64,000 bases of DNA from an uncultured delta proteobacterium. Lineage in GTDB: Bacteria; Desulfobacterota; Desulfuromonadia; Desulfuromonadales; BM103. A program made the position numbers and the translations under genes. How positions within the stretch are numbered: the first letter of the stretch is position 1; each line of letters starts with the position of its first letter. The notes beneath the pieces are model-generated. The model ran no database searches. It saw only the letters and a program-made list of their open reading frames with translations, and was not told the DNA's origin. Positions 19,786-31,287 of the stretch are shown one piece after another. The stretch lies in the NCBI GenBank assembly GCA_963715335.1, contig CAVQRZ010000002.1, positions 1 through 64,000 of the forward strand, given 5' to 3'.

Positions 19786-20459
19786 ATGATCAAATGCGTC
19801 GTCTTTGATTTTGATGGCACCCTGGTCGACTCCAACGAGATCAAAAGAGAAGCCTTCTTTGAAATTGCTCGTCCCTGGGACTCTTCCGGAGAGGTCGTTG
19901 CAGAGGTTTTCGAGCGCTGGCCGGCCGCCAATCGCTATGAGAAAACCCGCAGGATTGCAGAAGAGTTGATCGACAGGAAGCTCTTGCCAGCCGACTCCCC
20001 GCTGGAATACTGGGCCGCGCGCCTGGCCGACGATTACACGGCAAGATGCGAAACAGCCATCGCCCGGTGCGCGGAGATGCCTGGCGCAACAGCCGCCCTG
20101 GAAAAGCTTTCCGGAACGGGCCTGCTTTTGTTCGTCAACTCAGCTACGCCGGTAATCCCCTTGCAACGGTGACGAAGTTGCGCAGCTGGGATCATTTTTT
20201 CCAGGCGGCCTACGGCGCAGAAGCGACGAAAGCCGAGAACCTCCTGAGTATTGCCACAGCGTGCGGAGCAGACCGGACCGAAATGGTTCATGTCGGTGAC
20301 CAGCTCGATGACCAGCGCGGTGCGGCACAATTCGGCTGCCACTTTGTCGCCATGACGGCAGGCAGGGCCGACTCGGCAGTCAGAAACAGCCCTCTGTGTG
20401 TAGAGGATTTGCGGGACCTGCCGGCCATTCTGGACAGAATATCCCGGGAGGCATCATGA
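19786..20459 (+). CDS. HAD-superfamily phosphatase; frameshift near 20168
   Basis: FDFDGTLVDS and NSATP in the first ORF; K and HVGDQLDD in the second. Stop overlaps the next start (ATGA). Confidence 0.85.
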
Positions 20460-21172
20460 TCGACGGACAACGCATCCTTGTGGTCTGCCCCGCGCGTGGC
20501 GGCAGCAAGGGGATCCCATTGAAAAACCTGCAGCCTTTTCTCGGTGTGCCGCTGGTCGCTCGCGTCGGCCACCTGGTCAAGGAAATCCCTTCTATTGACC
20601 GGGCAATCGTCTCGACCGATTCAAAAGAGATCGCCGACGTAGCCAGAGATGCGGGCCTCGATGTGCCGTTCTACCGCCCGGAAGACCTCTCCGGCGACCG
20701 GATCTCCGATCTGGAGGTCCTGTCTCATGCACTGGTCGAAATGGAGCGACAGGACAAAGTGACCTACGACATTGTCGTCATGTTGCAACCGACCTCCCCG
20801 CTGAGACGCACAGAACACGTGAGCGATACAATCCGGATGCTGATTGACGGCGACTGGGACGCGGTCTGGACAGTCTCCGAAACAGACTCGAAGAATCATC
20901 CCCTGAAGCAGTTGACAGTAAGCGACGACCGCCTCGATTACTATGACCAGTCCGGCAAGCAGATCATCGCCCGCCAGCAACTGGTCCCCGTTTACCACCG
21001 CAACGGCGTCGCCTACGCGATCAGGCGCAACTGCTTGTTGGAACAGAAGAGCATCAAGGGAGAACGCACCGGGGCGCTGGTCCTGGAGGGGGACCTGGTC
21101 AGTATCGATACTTACTGGGATCTGGAGCTGGCGGAGTATATTTACATGAAACAACAAAGGGAGACCGGATAG
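20456..21172 (+). CDS. neuA: CMP-N-acylneuraminate synthetase family cytidylyltransferase
   Basis: PARGGSKGIPLKN, VSTD, LQPTSPLR, RQ, NG and SIDTYWDL motifs. Confidence 0.92.
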   Translation: MIDGQRILVVCPARGGSKGIPLKNLQPFLGVPLVARVGHLVKEIPSIDRAIVSTDSKEIADVARDAGLDVPFYRPEDLSGDRISDLEVLSHALVEMERQDKVTYDIVVMLQPTSPLRRTEHVSDTIRMLIDGDWDAVWTVSETDSKNHPLKQLTVSDDRLDYYDQSGKQIIARQQLVPVYHRNGVAYAIRRNCLLEQKSIKGERTGALVLEGDLVSIDTYWDLELAEYIYMKQQRETG

Positions 21173-22148
21173 ATGGAATTTTCGCGAGAAAATTTTACAA
21201 AATATCCGTGTCTTCTTTGTGGGCACAACGAATTTGCTCACCTGATCGATCAGGTTGACAGGCATCGCCTGCCCGTCTCGTTGAGCGTCTGTCGGAGATG
21301 CGGGCTTCGCCAGCTTAACCCCAGGATAGACGACGCAGGATTGGAACAATTCTACTCGTCAGAATATTACAAGCTCTACTCGATGGATAAGAGGGCCAAG
21401 AGTGACAAGTGGGTCAAGCGGAAACAAGGCATTGCCTCGGGGATCCTGGACGCCCTTGAAAAACACCGGCCCTTAAATGGCCTCAGGTTGCTGGATATCG
21501 GCTGCGGTCATGGGTTTCTCATTACTGAGGCCATGGCAAGAGGGGCATCGGTGTCCGGTGTCGAGCCTTCCGTCAAGCATGCGGCACGACTCAGCGAGAA
21601 AGGGTTCGAGGTGTTTACCGGGACCCTGGAGCAATTCGTCGCAAAGCAGTGCGGGCAGTACGACATTGTTACAAGCTCACATGTCCTCGAACACAGCAGC
21701 AATCCGGGACAGTTCCTTAAAGATGCAAGCGACTCTTCTGGCCAAGGACGGACTGCTGTGTGCCGAGGTCCCGAATGCTGACTGGCAAACGATCTACGGG
21801 AGGCACCCCGTTTCAATCCATACCGCCCACCTCTGTTACCACACAGAACGTTCTCTGAGGGCCCTTTTCGAGACCTCCGGGTTGAAAGTTCTGTCAACGA
21901 CATATGGCCTCAATGGGGGCTCTGTCCGCGCCGTCAGCGTGCCTGGGCAGCCAGAGCCGTTGGAGAAAATGGATCTCGATGATCCAGAGGAAGTCCAGAG
22001 GGCAACATTGCTTGCGTTCAAAAGACATACCGCGGTCTGGCCCGTTAACAAGTTCTGGTATGTCATAAGAATGGCTCGCAAGGGGGTTGTTAAGTTTCGT
22101 TTTAAAAAAATGCAGAAAGCCGGTAGAGATAATCACTCGACACAGTAA
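21173..22148 (+). CDS. Class I SAM-dependent methyltransferase with N-terminal Zn-ribbon; frameshift near 21730
   Basis: CLLC...CRRC, LLDIGCGHG, SHVLEH, then EVPN and HLCY in the second frame. Confidence 0.85.
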
Positions 22149-22357
22149 ATGCATGGCGTCTAATATTGGCAGAAGAAACTCGAGTAGCTTTAAACATTAT
22201 GCATTTAAAGGAACATAAGCACTTAGGCCCCTCTACTGGCAAACATGAGTCGTTCTAACGCGATTCGCAAAGGCACTCCCCTCAATAAAAGGCGCAAGTT
22301 GTTTTATAATCTAAAAAAAAATCTTGGCCTGCTTCTATGCAGGAACGTTAACAATAC

Positions 22358-23496
22358 TTGCCCCACTCTACAGGCTTGTTTTCAATATCACCAACAAGGC
22401 GCCTCAAGGAGAGGCCGCTCAAAAGGATTGTCCTCCTTGTCAGCAGGCCACAAGATGTTGATCTACTTATTGGCCTAAACGAAAATGCCCGCTCCCGAGA
22501 CAATCTTTCCCTTTTCTTCTGGGTGACAAAAAATTGCGCCAGAAAATATCCAGAAGCCCTTCGCAAACTTGAAGAAAAAAATGCTGTCGTCGAGCAAGTC
22601 GTTAACTTCATCCACTTGGGTGGGATTTTAAACAAGCTCATGAGGATCGATGCTTTTTTGTCCACCGTGGAGTCGACCACGGCCAAAGGCAAACTGCCTT
22701 ACATGATCACCAAACTGGCCAACGCAGCGAACGTCCAAACCTATACACTGCAACATGGCTTTGAGAATGTCGGTTTGAGTTATTGTGATGAGGTACACGG
22801 TCCCAAACATCAAGTTTGCGGCTAAAACCGTTCTCACATGGGGGCCAACGAATGAACTACCTTCCTGGGTCGCAAAGGAGACCCGAGACAAATCTATTGC
22901 GGTAGGTTGTCCGAACATCCTTCTTGCTTCTCGAAAATGATCCGACAGTTAATATCGGGGAACACCCAATAATTGCAGTTTTTGACAACCTTCACTGGAA
23001 CCGTTTTGATCAGGAGATATATCTCAACTTTTCTAGAACCACCTGGAAGAGATTTCTGAAGAACAAACAGGTTTTCGTTTCATTCTGAAGTCTCATCCTG
23101 CCTCAGCCAGAAACAGAAGTAGTGAACTTAAGAATAGGCTGTTCGCTATGAAAAGAGTCGTTGTTGCCGACATGTCTGACGAGGAACAAGCAACCTATGA
23201 CGACCCCTTCGCTGATGTCGCGTGCGTTGGGTGTGATTACAACCCCGTCGACCATTGCGCTGGACGGAGCCTTAGCTGGAGTTCCTGTAGCCATAACCAG
23301 ATATGGCTTAAATCTTGACTACTACTCCCCACTTAAGTTGCTTGACAATCTTGAGGATTGGCACAGCTTCCTTGACAGCCTTACTGAGAGCAACGCCTAC
23401 AAACTTCTGAAACTGAACGGCGAGCAGTTTTTGAAGCGGGTAATTGTCCCTGGGGACCCTGCCGAAAAAATACTCGACTTGATGACCGGACATTAA
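22358..23496 (+). CDS. GT-B-like capsule / glycerophosphotransferase-type protein, several frameshifts
   Basis: Fragments carry TLQHG, LTWG, FILKSHP and ITTPSTIALDGALAGVPVA. Start uncertain. Confidence 0.55.
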
Positions 23497-23524
23497 GTGA
23501 TCAATGGACGTGTCTTGAACCTCA

Positions 23525-24292
23525 CTAACGAATATTTCGTACAGTTGCAGTGACGACGATAGTATCTCTCAGAAAAGGGTGTTTTTTCTGTAGACGATGT
23601 CTTATTCCAAGACTTAAAACCCCGCTTCTTAGGGTTTTTCAACGGTTTATGGCGAACCAAGTAGATATCGTCAATTTCATATCCTGCCACTGTCAAGACC
23701 TTGGCGATGGAAAAAGGTGAGAACCAGTACCTGTGATCTGAATTTATTCTCTCCTGATCATTTCTTGAATCCCTGTAATTTCGCTCACGCAAAGCATTGG
23801 GAACCGTCACAATCATGCGCTCTAACACCATGTGGAAAATGTTTTTGCCGCAGGGTGGTGAGAAAGCCCACCGGATTATCAACATGTTCAAGAATTTCCC
23901 CAAGCAAGAGAAAGTCAAAGGGTTGGTCGGCAGCAAGAGGGAGAGCCTCACAGGTAAGGTCACAACAAAATACATCCTCAACCCCCAGTGTTTTCTTCAG
24001 GTAAAGAATCCCTTCATCATTGATATCAATACCCACACATTGTTGTGCGACACCTGAAAGTCTACCGTGCAGCCAAGTCCCCCGGGCAGACTCCCGTTCG
24101 ATCAAAGCAGCTGAATGGTCAACACAGCCGACATGCACGATTTTTTTGTCCGGCGACGAGACGCTCTAAAAGGCTTATCCGATCAATTGTGCCACGATCC
24201 GCTGGATCATCTGTGGATATTAATTTCAGACAGTAATCATCATCAAAACGGCTTCCATTCAGGAAGGGAATACTTTCAGGAAAGAGTTTCAT
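23525..24292 (-). CDS. Class I SAM-dependent methyltransferase, several frameshifts
   Basis: Manual start MKLFPESIPFLNG at 24292, shift in the T7 run near 24141-24147, then HVGCVDH, GIDIN, GEILEH, IVTVPNA and DHRYWFSP. Likely end FLRDTIVVTATVRNIR*. Confidence 0.7.
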
Positions 24293-26708
24293 CGTCAAAG
24301 CCTCTGATTAAATGAAGATACTTGCCGGTAGCCCTATCAAGGGAGAACTCTTTACCCCTGGCGATAAGCTGATCCTTATTCACCCGAGTATCAAGAGCTT
24401 GTAATATTGCTGAAGCCAAAGACTTTTCATCGGACATTGGCACCAAGGTCCCGTATCGACCATTGTCAAGGATCTCCCTTGGGCCACTCGGGCAATCTGT
24501 GCTTACCACCGGGCAACCGCACGCCAGAGCCTCAATGAGCACCGTTGGCAGGCCTTCAAAGACCGAAGAGAGCACGAACAGCGAGGCACGGGCCATATAT
24601 TGAAAAGGATTGTCGAGGAAGCCGGGCATTTCCAGGTCGGCAGAAATCCCCAACTCTTCAGCCTGACGGATCAGATTCTCACGCAGCTTCCCCTCCCCCA
24701 GGATCAATAAACGTACCGGGCGCTTCTCCCTGACAAGGGCAAAAGCTTTCAATAAGGTTGCATGATCTTTAGCCGGTTTGATCCCGCCAACAGTCAGTAG
24801 CACAGGGGGGCCATCACCGGAAAACCAGGGATGCGACAGGGGCTCTGCCGCCTGTTGAAAGAGTCGTTCGTTAACAACCGGGTTGTAAATAGTGGTAAAG
24901 CTTTCTATGGGAAGATTTAACGTCCTGGCCAAATCATCCGCAACCCCTTGAGAAACGGTGACGACAGAATCAGCCTGGGGATAAAAGCGACGGTCAACTT
25001 CAACCTGGGCTTTTATCCGAGGCTTTTTCGACCTGGCTATTTCCTCAGAAAGAGTGCTGTGAACCGTCAACACAACTCTGCTCTTCACCTTGGCAAGCTT
25101 GCGAGCCATAACTGCGACTGCGTTTGGGTAGTCCATAGAGGAAATCAGGGCGTCAGGGCGTTCTTTTTTTAGGTAATCGACCAAACGTGGCAAGGCACCT
25201 AACACGTAATGTGGGTTTTTACCAAGGACCATTTTCGTCCAAAACCAAGCATCCACACCTAGCCTGTGAATCATCCGCCACGAGCCCCAGGCTGACCTGA
25301 CCTTCAGGTCTACAACCTTTATTGCATGAGGGATCTGATCCAAGTAGTGCCCCGAGTAGCGCGCCATCACTAGGTCGACACGATGACCCTGTGCAACGAG
25401 GCCACAGCCAAGATTCAGAAGCACCCGCTCGGCCCCGCCACTACCTTCGAAAGACTTCACAAATAAAGCTATGTGCTTTGGAGTTTGCACGTCTGATGTG
25501 AGCGCTTCAGACAAGCCAGGTGCAAACGAACCTTCCGCGGCAGGGCATGGCATATTCTTATCAGGATTCATTTCATTCTGCATCTCTCCCCATCGGTTCA
25601 AAAAAACCTGATACAAGTCAGGATCTTCACTTACCAGTAATAATTCGTGGTTGGCATGAAGTGAACGAACAGAGAAATTTAAACTGCCTACGGTTACCAT
25701 TTGTCGTCCAGGCGAATCAATCAGCATAAATTTATTATGCATTGGCAACCCTTCCGGGTTTGTATAACGATTGAACATTATTCCACTTTGGAGCAACAAC
25801 TTTTCTACCCAATGCGGCACCCTTCTGAGGGTGTCATGCGTGAGGACCTCAATACGAACTCCTCTGTGAGACAGCTCACACAGGCGCCTGCAGATTCCAC
25901 GATCACTCAGGTGAGAAACTGCCAAACGCAGAGTGCAACCGTTTTCCAACACATCAAATAGTTCGTCGAATATATTCTTTTCTGATCTGGGGAAAAATAG
26001 AACCCGTGCTTTCCCTGAGAACAGAATTTTGTTGCTGGATGGCAGGAAACGCTCCCAGATACCGTGCTTCATTCGGTATATGCGATCCGCGTGGTCATAC
26101 AGACCTTGGACAAGGACAGAATCACTTATTTCCAATAAAACGTTGTGCCCCCTGTCCTGATCACCAATCTCTCGGATTATAGCCGGGTCTTCCGGAAGGT
26201 TGCCGGAAGGATTGAATGTGCCTAACAGGGCATGAGGTGATGGGTGACTGAAGTAGTATAATTTTTCGTGTAACCTGCATTTTCTTAGGAACCGGTTGTC
26301 AAATAGATTGTGGCTAAGAGGCCTCAAATTCTTCCCAGCGCGTTGTCGCCCTTCAGTAAGCCTATCACCCGACGGTTAATCGCGCCGGTGCGCGGATTAC
26401 CTTCTACGGCCAATCGTACCTTGACCCCTCTTCTCGGAAGCTTGTAGCAGAGCTTTCGCCAAGGCCTCATCTCTAAAGTAGTAGGTTATCCAAAGGATTT
26501 CCCCACCAGACGGAACAGCATGAATCTTTTCCTCAAGCAGGTCGCGCAAGAATCTTGCCGGCCGATCCGGACCTCCCCAGTGAGTTAAAAAAAGGTCTTC
26601 TTGGGATTGAGAGCATGAATATTTCGGTAGAAGAGACAAAGTCACCTGACCATGAGATAAAAAAGGTTTGACAGGTTCAGTTACGGTCGAGAATGAGAGA
26701 ATCAACAT
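24276..26708 (-). CDS. Phospholipase D-like protein joined in frame to a GT4 glycosyltransferase; frameshift near 26430
   Basis: WITYYF, RLHEKLYYFS...GTFN and MHNKFMLID...GSLNFS (two HKD-type motifs), then GGAERV, IYNPV, KDH and EGLPTVLIEA (ExE7). Confidence 0.75.
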
Positions 26709-26980
26709 TCATAAAATTATTTTTCAGCCTATGAGTCTCTGGATTGAGTGCTTAGGGGGAATTCTCACTTCAGCATATGTGATGGTAGCTTAAATGATCA
26801 GTTATTTAAATAATTTCTTGTTCTAAAGCTGATTAAAAGTATCGCAGAGAATCCAATCATGCGAGGCACCGTTATGCTTCACAATAATCAATGAAAAATG
26901 TTAGTCTGCAAAATATCTCGCACATACAATGCGAATGAGTAGAATCTGCACAATTCAAAATAGAAAGTAGCTTGTTCAAG

Positions 26981-28723
26981 ATGCAGTTGATAATCAAATT
27001 CGCCCGAGCCTATCCCAGACAAAGTCTGATGATGTTACTTGCCCTGATCATGGCTGGCCTGGTCGAAGGCGTCGGCCTGACTGCTCTTTTGCCTTTGCTG
27101 CAAACAGCCATCGACATGCCTGCAGGTGCCACAGCCGATCCGGCTTCAGCCAACATTGCTGACAACTTCATCTGTTCGGCACTGGCACACATGGGTATCC
27201 CTGTCACTATCGGATCACTCTTGATGGTCATCCTCCTCGGAGCGATCCTAAGGAGCCTGCTGATCCTGATTGCTGACCGCAAGGTCGGCTACACGGTCGC
27301 CCACGTTGCCACCGACCTGCGCCTGGCCCTGCTCCGCGCGCTGCTCTCCACCCGCTGGGGCTATTTTCTCAATCAGCAGGTCGGCAGCATGGCCAACGCC
27401 GCCGGGACCGAGGTTATGCGTGCCGCGTCAGCCTACCTTTACGCTGCAGTCGCACTGGCCATGGCGATTCAGGTCTTTGCTTATTTCATAGTGGCCCTGC
27501 TGGTCTCCTGGCAAACCACCCTGCTCTTCATGACTATAGGCAGCATTATCTTGATTTTTCTGCACAGGATGGTCACCACGGCCAAGCGCGCCGGCAGACA
27601 AGCAGACCCGACTGCTGCAGTCGCTGCTTGCCAGAGCTTTCCGACAGCCTGCAATCTCTGAAAGCGTTCAAGGCCATGGGCCGCGAAAACCTCGCCGACG
27701 AACTGCTCTCATCGGACACCATGAAACTGAACAAGGCCCTGCGCAAGCAGGTTATCAGCAAGGCTTTTCTGCGGGGCACCCAGGAGCCTCTGATGATGCT
27801 CCTGGTGATCACCGGCCTCTACCTGATGCTGGTCACCATGGGCATGGACCTGCCGAAGGTCATGGTGCTCATCTTCCTCATGGCCCGCATGTTGAACGAG
27901 GCCGGCAAGGTGCAGCGCAAGTACCAGGAGATGGCGGTCTGTGAAAGCGCCTACTGGTCACTGCAGGATAAGATCAGCAAAGCCCAGCAACACGAGCGAA
28001 CCACAGGGTGGTGATATTCCTGCAAGCCTGGAACGCGGGCATCACCCTGGACCAGGTTGATTTCGGCTACGGCGACCGGCTGATTCTGAAAGATGTTTCC
28101 CTGGAGATTCCGAGCCGTACCTTTACCTCGATCATCGGCCCTTCAGGTTCCGGGAAGACCACCCTGGTCGACCTGATAACAGGACTCTTCCAGCCTGTCA
28201 ACGGCCGGGTATTGATCGATGGCACCCCTCTGCCGGAGATTGCTTTGCGCAGTTGGAGACACATGATCGGCTATGTCCCCCAGGACACCATTCTGCTGCA
28301 TGATTCGATTTTTGAGAATGTGACCCTCGGCGAGCCATCCTGGACTCAAGCGGATGTTGAAGAGGCCCTGAAAGGGGCCGGGGCATGGGACTTCGTCAGC
28401 GAGATGCCCGAGGGCATGCATACGATCGTCGGTGAACGCGGCTCCAAGGTATCAGGCGGACAAAGACAGCGGATTGCTATTGCCAGGGCCCTGATCCATC
28501 GAGCCGCAGCTACTGATTCTCGATGAAGCCACCAGCGCCCTGGACCCGCAGACCGAAGCCGAGATCTGCCAGACGCTGAAAAACTGCGCGGCACCTGACC
28601 ATTCTGGCGATCAGCCACCAGACGGCCCTTGTCGAGGTGTCTGACCGGGTTTTCCGGATTTCCGACGGCAGTATAACGCTAGTATCCTCCCCAAACGACT
28701 ATAACGAATCAGAGCACAATTAA
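26981..28723 (+). CDS. MsbA-like ABC exporter (TMD + NBD), several frameshifts
   Basis: TM helices in ORFs 26972..27661 and 27628..28014. GPSGSGKT, YVPQ and SGGQRQR in 28008..28526. ILDEATSALD and ISHQ in later frames; stop at 28723. Confidence 0.85.
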
Positions 28724-28882
28724 TAATGGCCCAACAACTTTTCAGTGGGACCTTTGAATAAAAATCTGTTTGTTGGTTCGATAAAGGTGCAGCAAGGATG
28801 TGAAAAAAGGGACTCCCTTGTCATGGGATCTTCTTACCTGAAAATGGGTTTATGCCAGATATCGGCGCCCATCAGAGATTAA

Positions 28883-31026
28883 TCACCCGATACTGGCCAG
28901 TTCCAGTCGGCTGCCCCACCGTTCCCTGAGTACGTCCCGCATTTCCTTCGACCTTTTAAACTCATCACTTTCCGCATAGTCAGAACGCATCCTGGCGCGC
29001 CTCTTCCAGCGTGCGCCCGTCACGCAGGATGTTGGCGACCCGGAAGTCCGGCAGGCCGCTCTGCCGGGTGCCGAGGAACTCACCCGGACCGCGGATTTCC
29101 AGATCGGCTTCGGCGATGCGAAAACCGTCAGAGGTTGTGCGCATTACTTCAAGTCGTTTCTCGCCATCTTCGCTGCACTTGTATGATTTCAGAAGGATAC
29201 AAATACTTTCCGCACTCCCTCTGCCAACCCTCCCGCGAAGCTGGTGCAGCTGGGCCAGGCCGAAACGCTCGGCATGTTCGACCATCATGACCGTAGCATT
29301 GGGCACATCAATACCGACTTCGATGACCGTCGTTGAAACCAGGATCTCGATCTCCTTGTTCTTGAAACGGGTCATGACTTCTTCTTTTTCCGCCGGCTTC
29401 ATTCTGCCGTGCAGCAAGCCGACTACCGATTCGGGGAAGATCTCGTTCTTGAGCTGCTCGGCCCCTTCCGTTGCCGCCAGCAGGTCACTTTTCTCTGACT
29501 CTTCAACCAACGGATAAACGATGAATGCCTGGCGCCCCTTTTCGATCTCCTGGCGTAAACGACTGTAAACCCTGCCTCTTTGCGCGTCGGATGCGATAAT
29601 TGTATCAACCGGAGTGCGCCCTGGGGGCATCTCGTCGATCACCGAAAGGGCCAGATCGCCGTAGAGAGTCAATGATAACGTTCGTGGTATAGGGGTGGCA
29701 GTCATCACCAGAATGTGCGGGTTAGTGCCCTTTTCCCTAAGGACGGCACGTTGTCGAACACCGAAACGGTGCTGCTCATCAATGATGCCGAGTCCAAGCG
29801 GTCTGGAATTCCACACCCTCCTGCAGGACCGCATGGGTGCCGACGACCAGGTTGATCTCCCCTGCCCTTAGATCTGCCAATATTTGCCGCTTCTCCGCAG
29901 TCGGCATTTTACCGCGCAGCAACGCAGCCTTGAGTCCGAGTTGTTCCAGCCAGCGGTGGAATTGCAGGTAATGCTGCTCGGCGAGGATCTCGGTCGGCGC
30001 CACGACCGCAACCTGGGTTTCGTTTTCGATCGCAACCAGGGCCGTCATCAAAGCGACGATGGTTTTGCCGCAGCCGACATCACCCTGGATCAGACGGTTC
30101 ATCGGATGTGGCAACATCAGGTCCTGCTTGATCTCACCCAGGACACGCCTCTGGGCATCTGTCATACGGAACGGCAGCGCTGCGGCCAGCGGCCTGGTGT
30201 ATTTGTGCGTCACTTCGAATTTAATCCCTGGCTCAAGGACAATGCCACGACGTTTGAGAGCCAGTCCGAGTTCCAGAAAGAAGAATTCATCATAAACCAG
30301 CGAGCGCAATCCCGGCATCTGCTGCTTCTCCAGCAACTCCATGCTGGTCTCGTCGGATGGCCAGTGGACGTCCCGAAGAGCCTCCGCAAGCGGCAGCAGG
30401 CCGTGCCTCTTGACAAGTCGTTCAGGCAGATGCGACACAACGAATGGCGCGAACTGGTCGACGGCCTGCTTCCAGATCCTGCGGGCAGCATACTGGCTTA
30501 AGCCTTCGGTCAGGGGGTAGACCGGCAGGATGCGGCCGAAGGCCAGAGGATCGGAACTCTGGTAATCAGACAGAGACTGGTCAGGGGCCAGGAATTCAAC
30601 GTCCGGGTGGTGAATTTCACGCAGGGCGCCATAGCGCTTGACCTCCCCGGTGAATACCGCACGTTGGCCGACTGTAAAACGTTTCGTCATCCAGTCCTTG
30701 CGATAATGGAACCATTTGAGGGCGACCTGTCCGGAGCCGTCACTGACGACAACTTCGAACAAACGCCGGCGACGACGTGACGTCGTCGATTCACCGCTGG
30801 CCAGGATTTCACCGGAAAAGACTTCGTGAGCTCCATCGCGAAGGTGGGCTATTTTTCTGAATTCGCGACGGTCTTCGTATCTGTTGGGGAGGGTGTAGAG
30901 GAGATCCTCTACAGTATGAATGCCGAGCTTGGCGAGTTTTTCGGCGATACGGGGCCCGACCCCTTTAAGATGGACTACAGGGGTGGAGAGGTGCTGACGG
31001 CACTGGGCTTTCGTCGCCTTGGTCAT
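28883..31026 (-). CDS. recG: ATP-dependent DNA helicase RecG; frameshifts near 29790 and 28985
   Basis: GVGP, RYEDR, GDVGCGKT, DEQHRFG, MTATPIPRT, HQLRGRVGR and RGPGEFLGTRQSG. Confidence 0.95.
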
Positions 31027-31075
31027 CTCCCCTTCCCCGGTAAGGTGATGAAGATGAGTGGAGAGCGTTCCGGTC

Positions 31076-31273
31076 TCAGTCGAAGATCGCGTTCAGCGCG
31101 GCGAGGAGGTCTTCGACGTCCAGGCCATGGGCTATGGCACCTTGTGCCAGGGTTTCGTTCTGCGCGCCCATGCAACCGACGCAGCCGAGGTTGAACGATG
31201 TCAGCACCTTGACTGCCTCAGGGCTTTTGCGCATCACTTCGTGAAACGTCATATCCTTGGTAATAGTGGCCAT
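31076..31273 (-). CDS. DUF1858 domain protein (CxxC)
   Basis: ITKDMT...GCVGC..AQNETL..GA.AHG pattern. Confidence 0.85.
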   Translation of the reverse strand: MATITKDMTFHEVMRKSPEAVKVLTSFNLGCVGCMGAQNETLAQGAIAHGLDVEDLLAALNAIFD

Positions 31274-31287
31274 TGATCGTCTCCAGG

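Noticed and set aside
17355..19931. Long minus-strand ORFs (516 aa and 328 aa)
   Set aside because: They are antisense shadows of the oxidoreductase and neuB, expected in GC-rich coding DNA, and have no motifs.
20160..20180. Selenocysteine read-through at the TGA ending the first HAD fragment
   Set aside because: The HAD sequence continues in a different frame, so this is a frameshift, not an in-frame UGA.
28883..31026. recG pseudogene or programmed frameshift
   Set aside because: All helicase motifs are intact and the shifts match the regional indel pattern.
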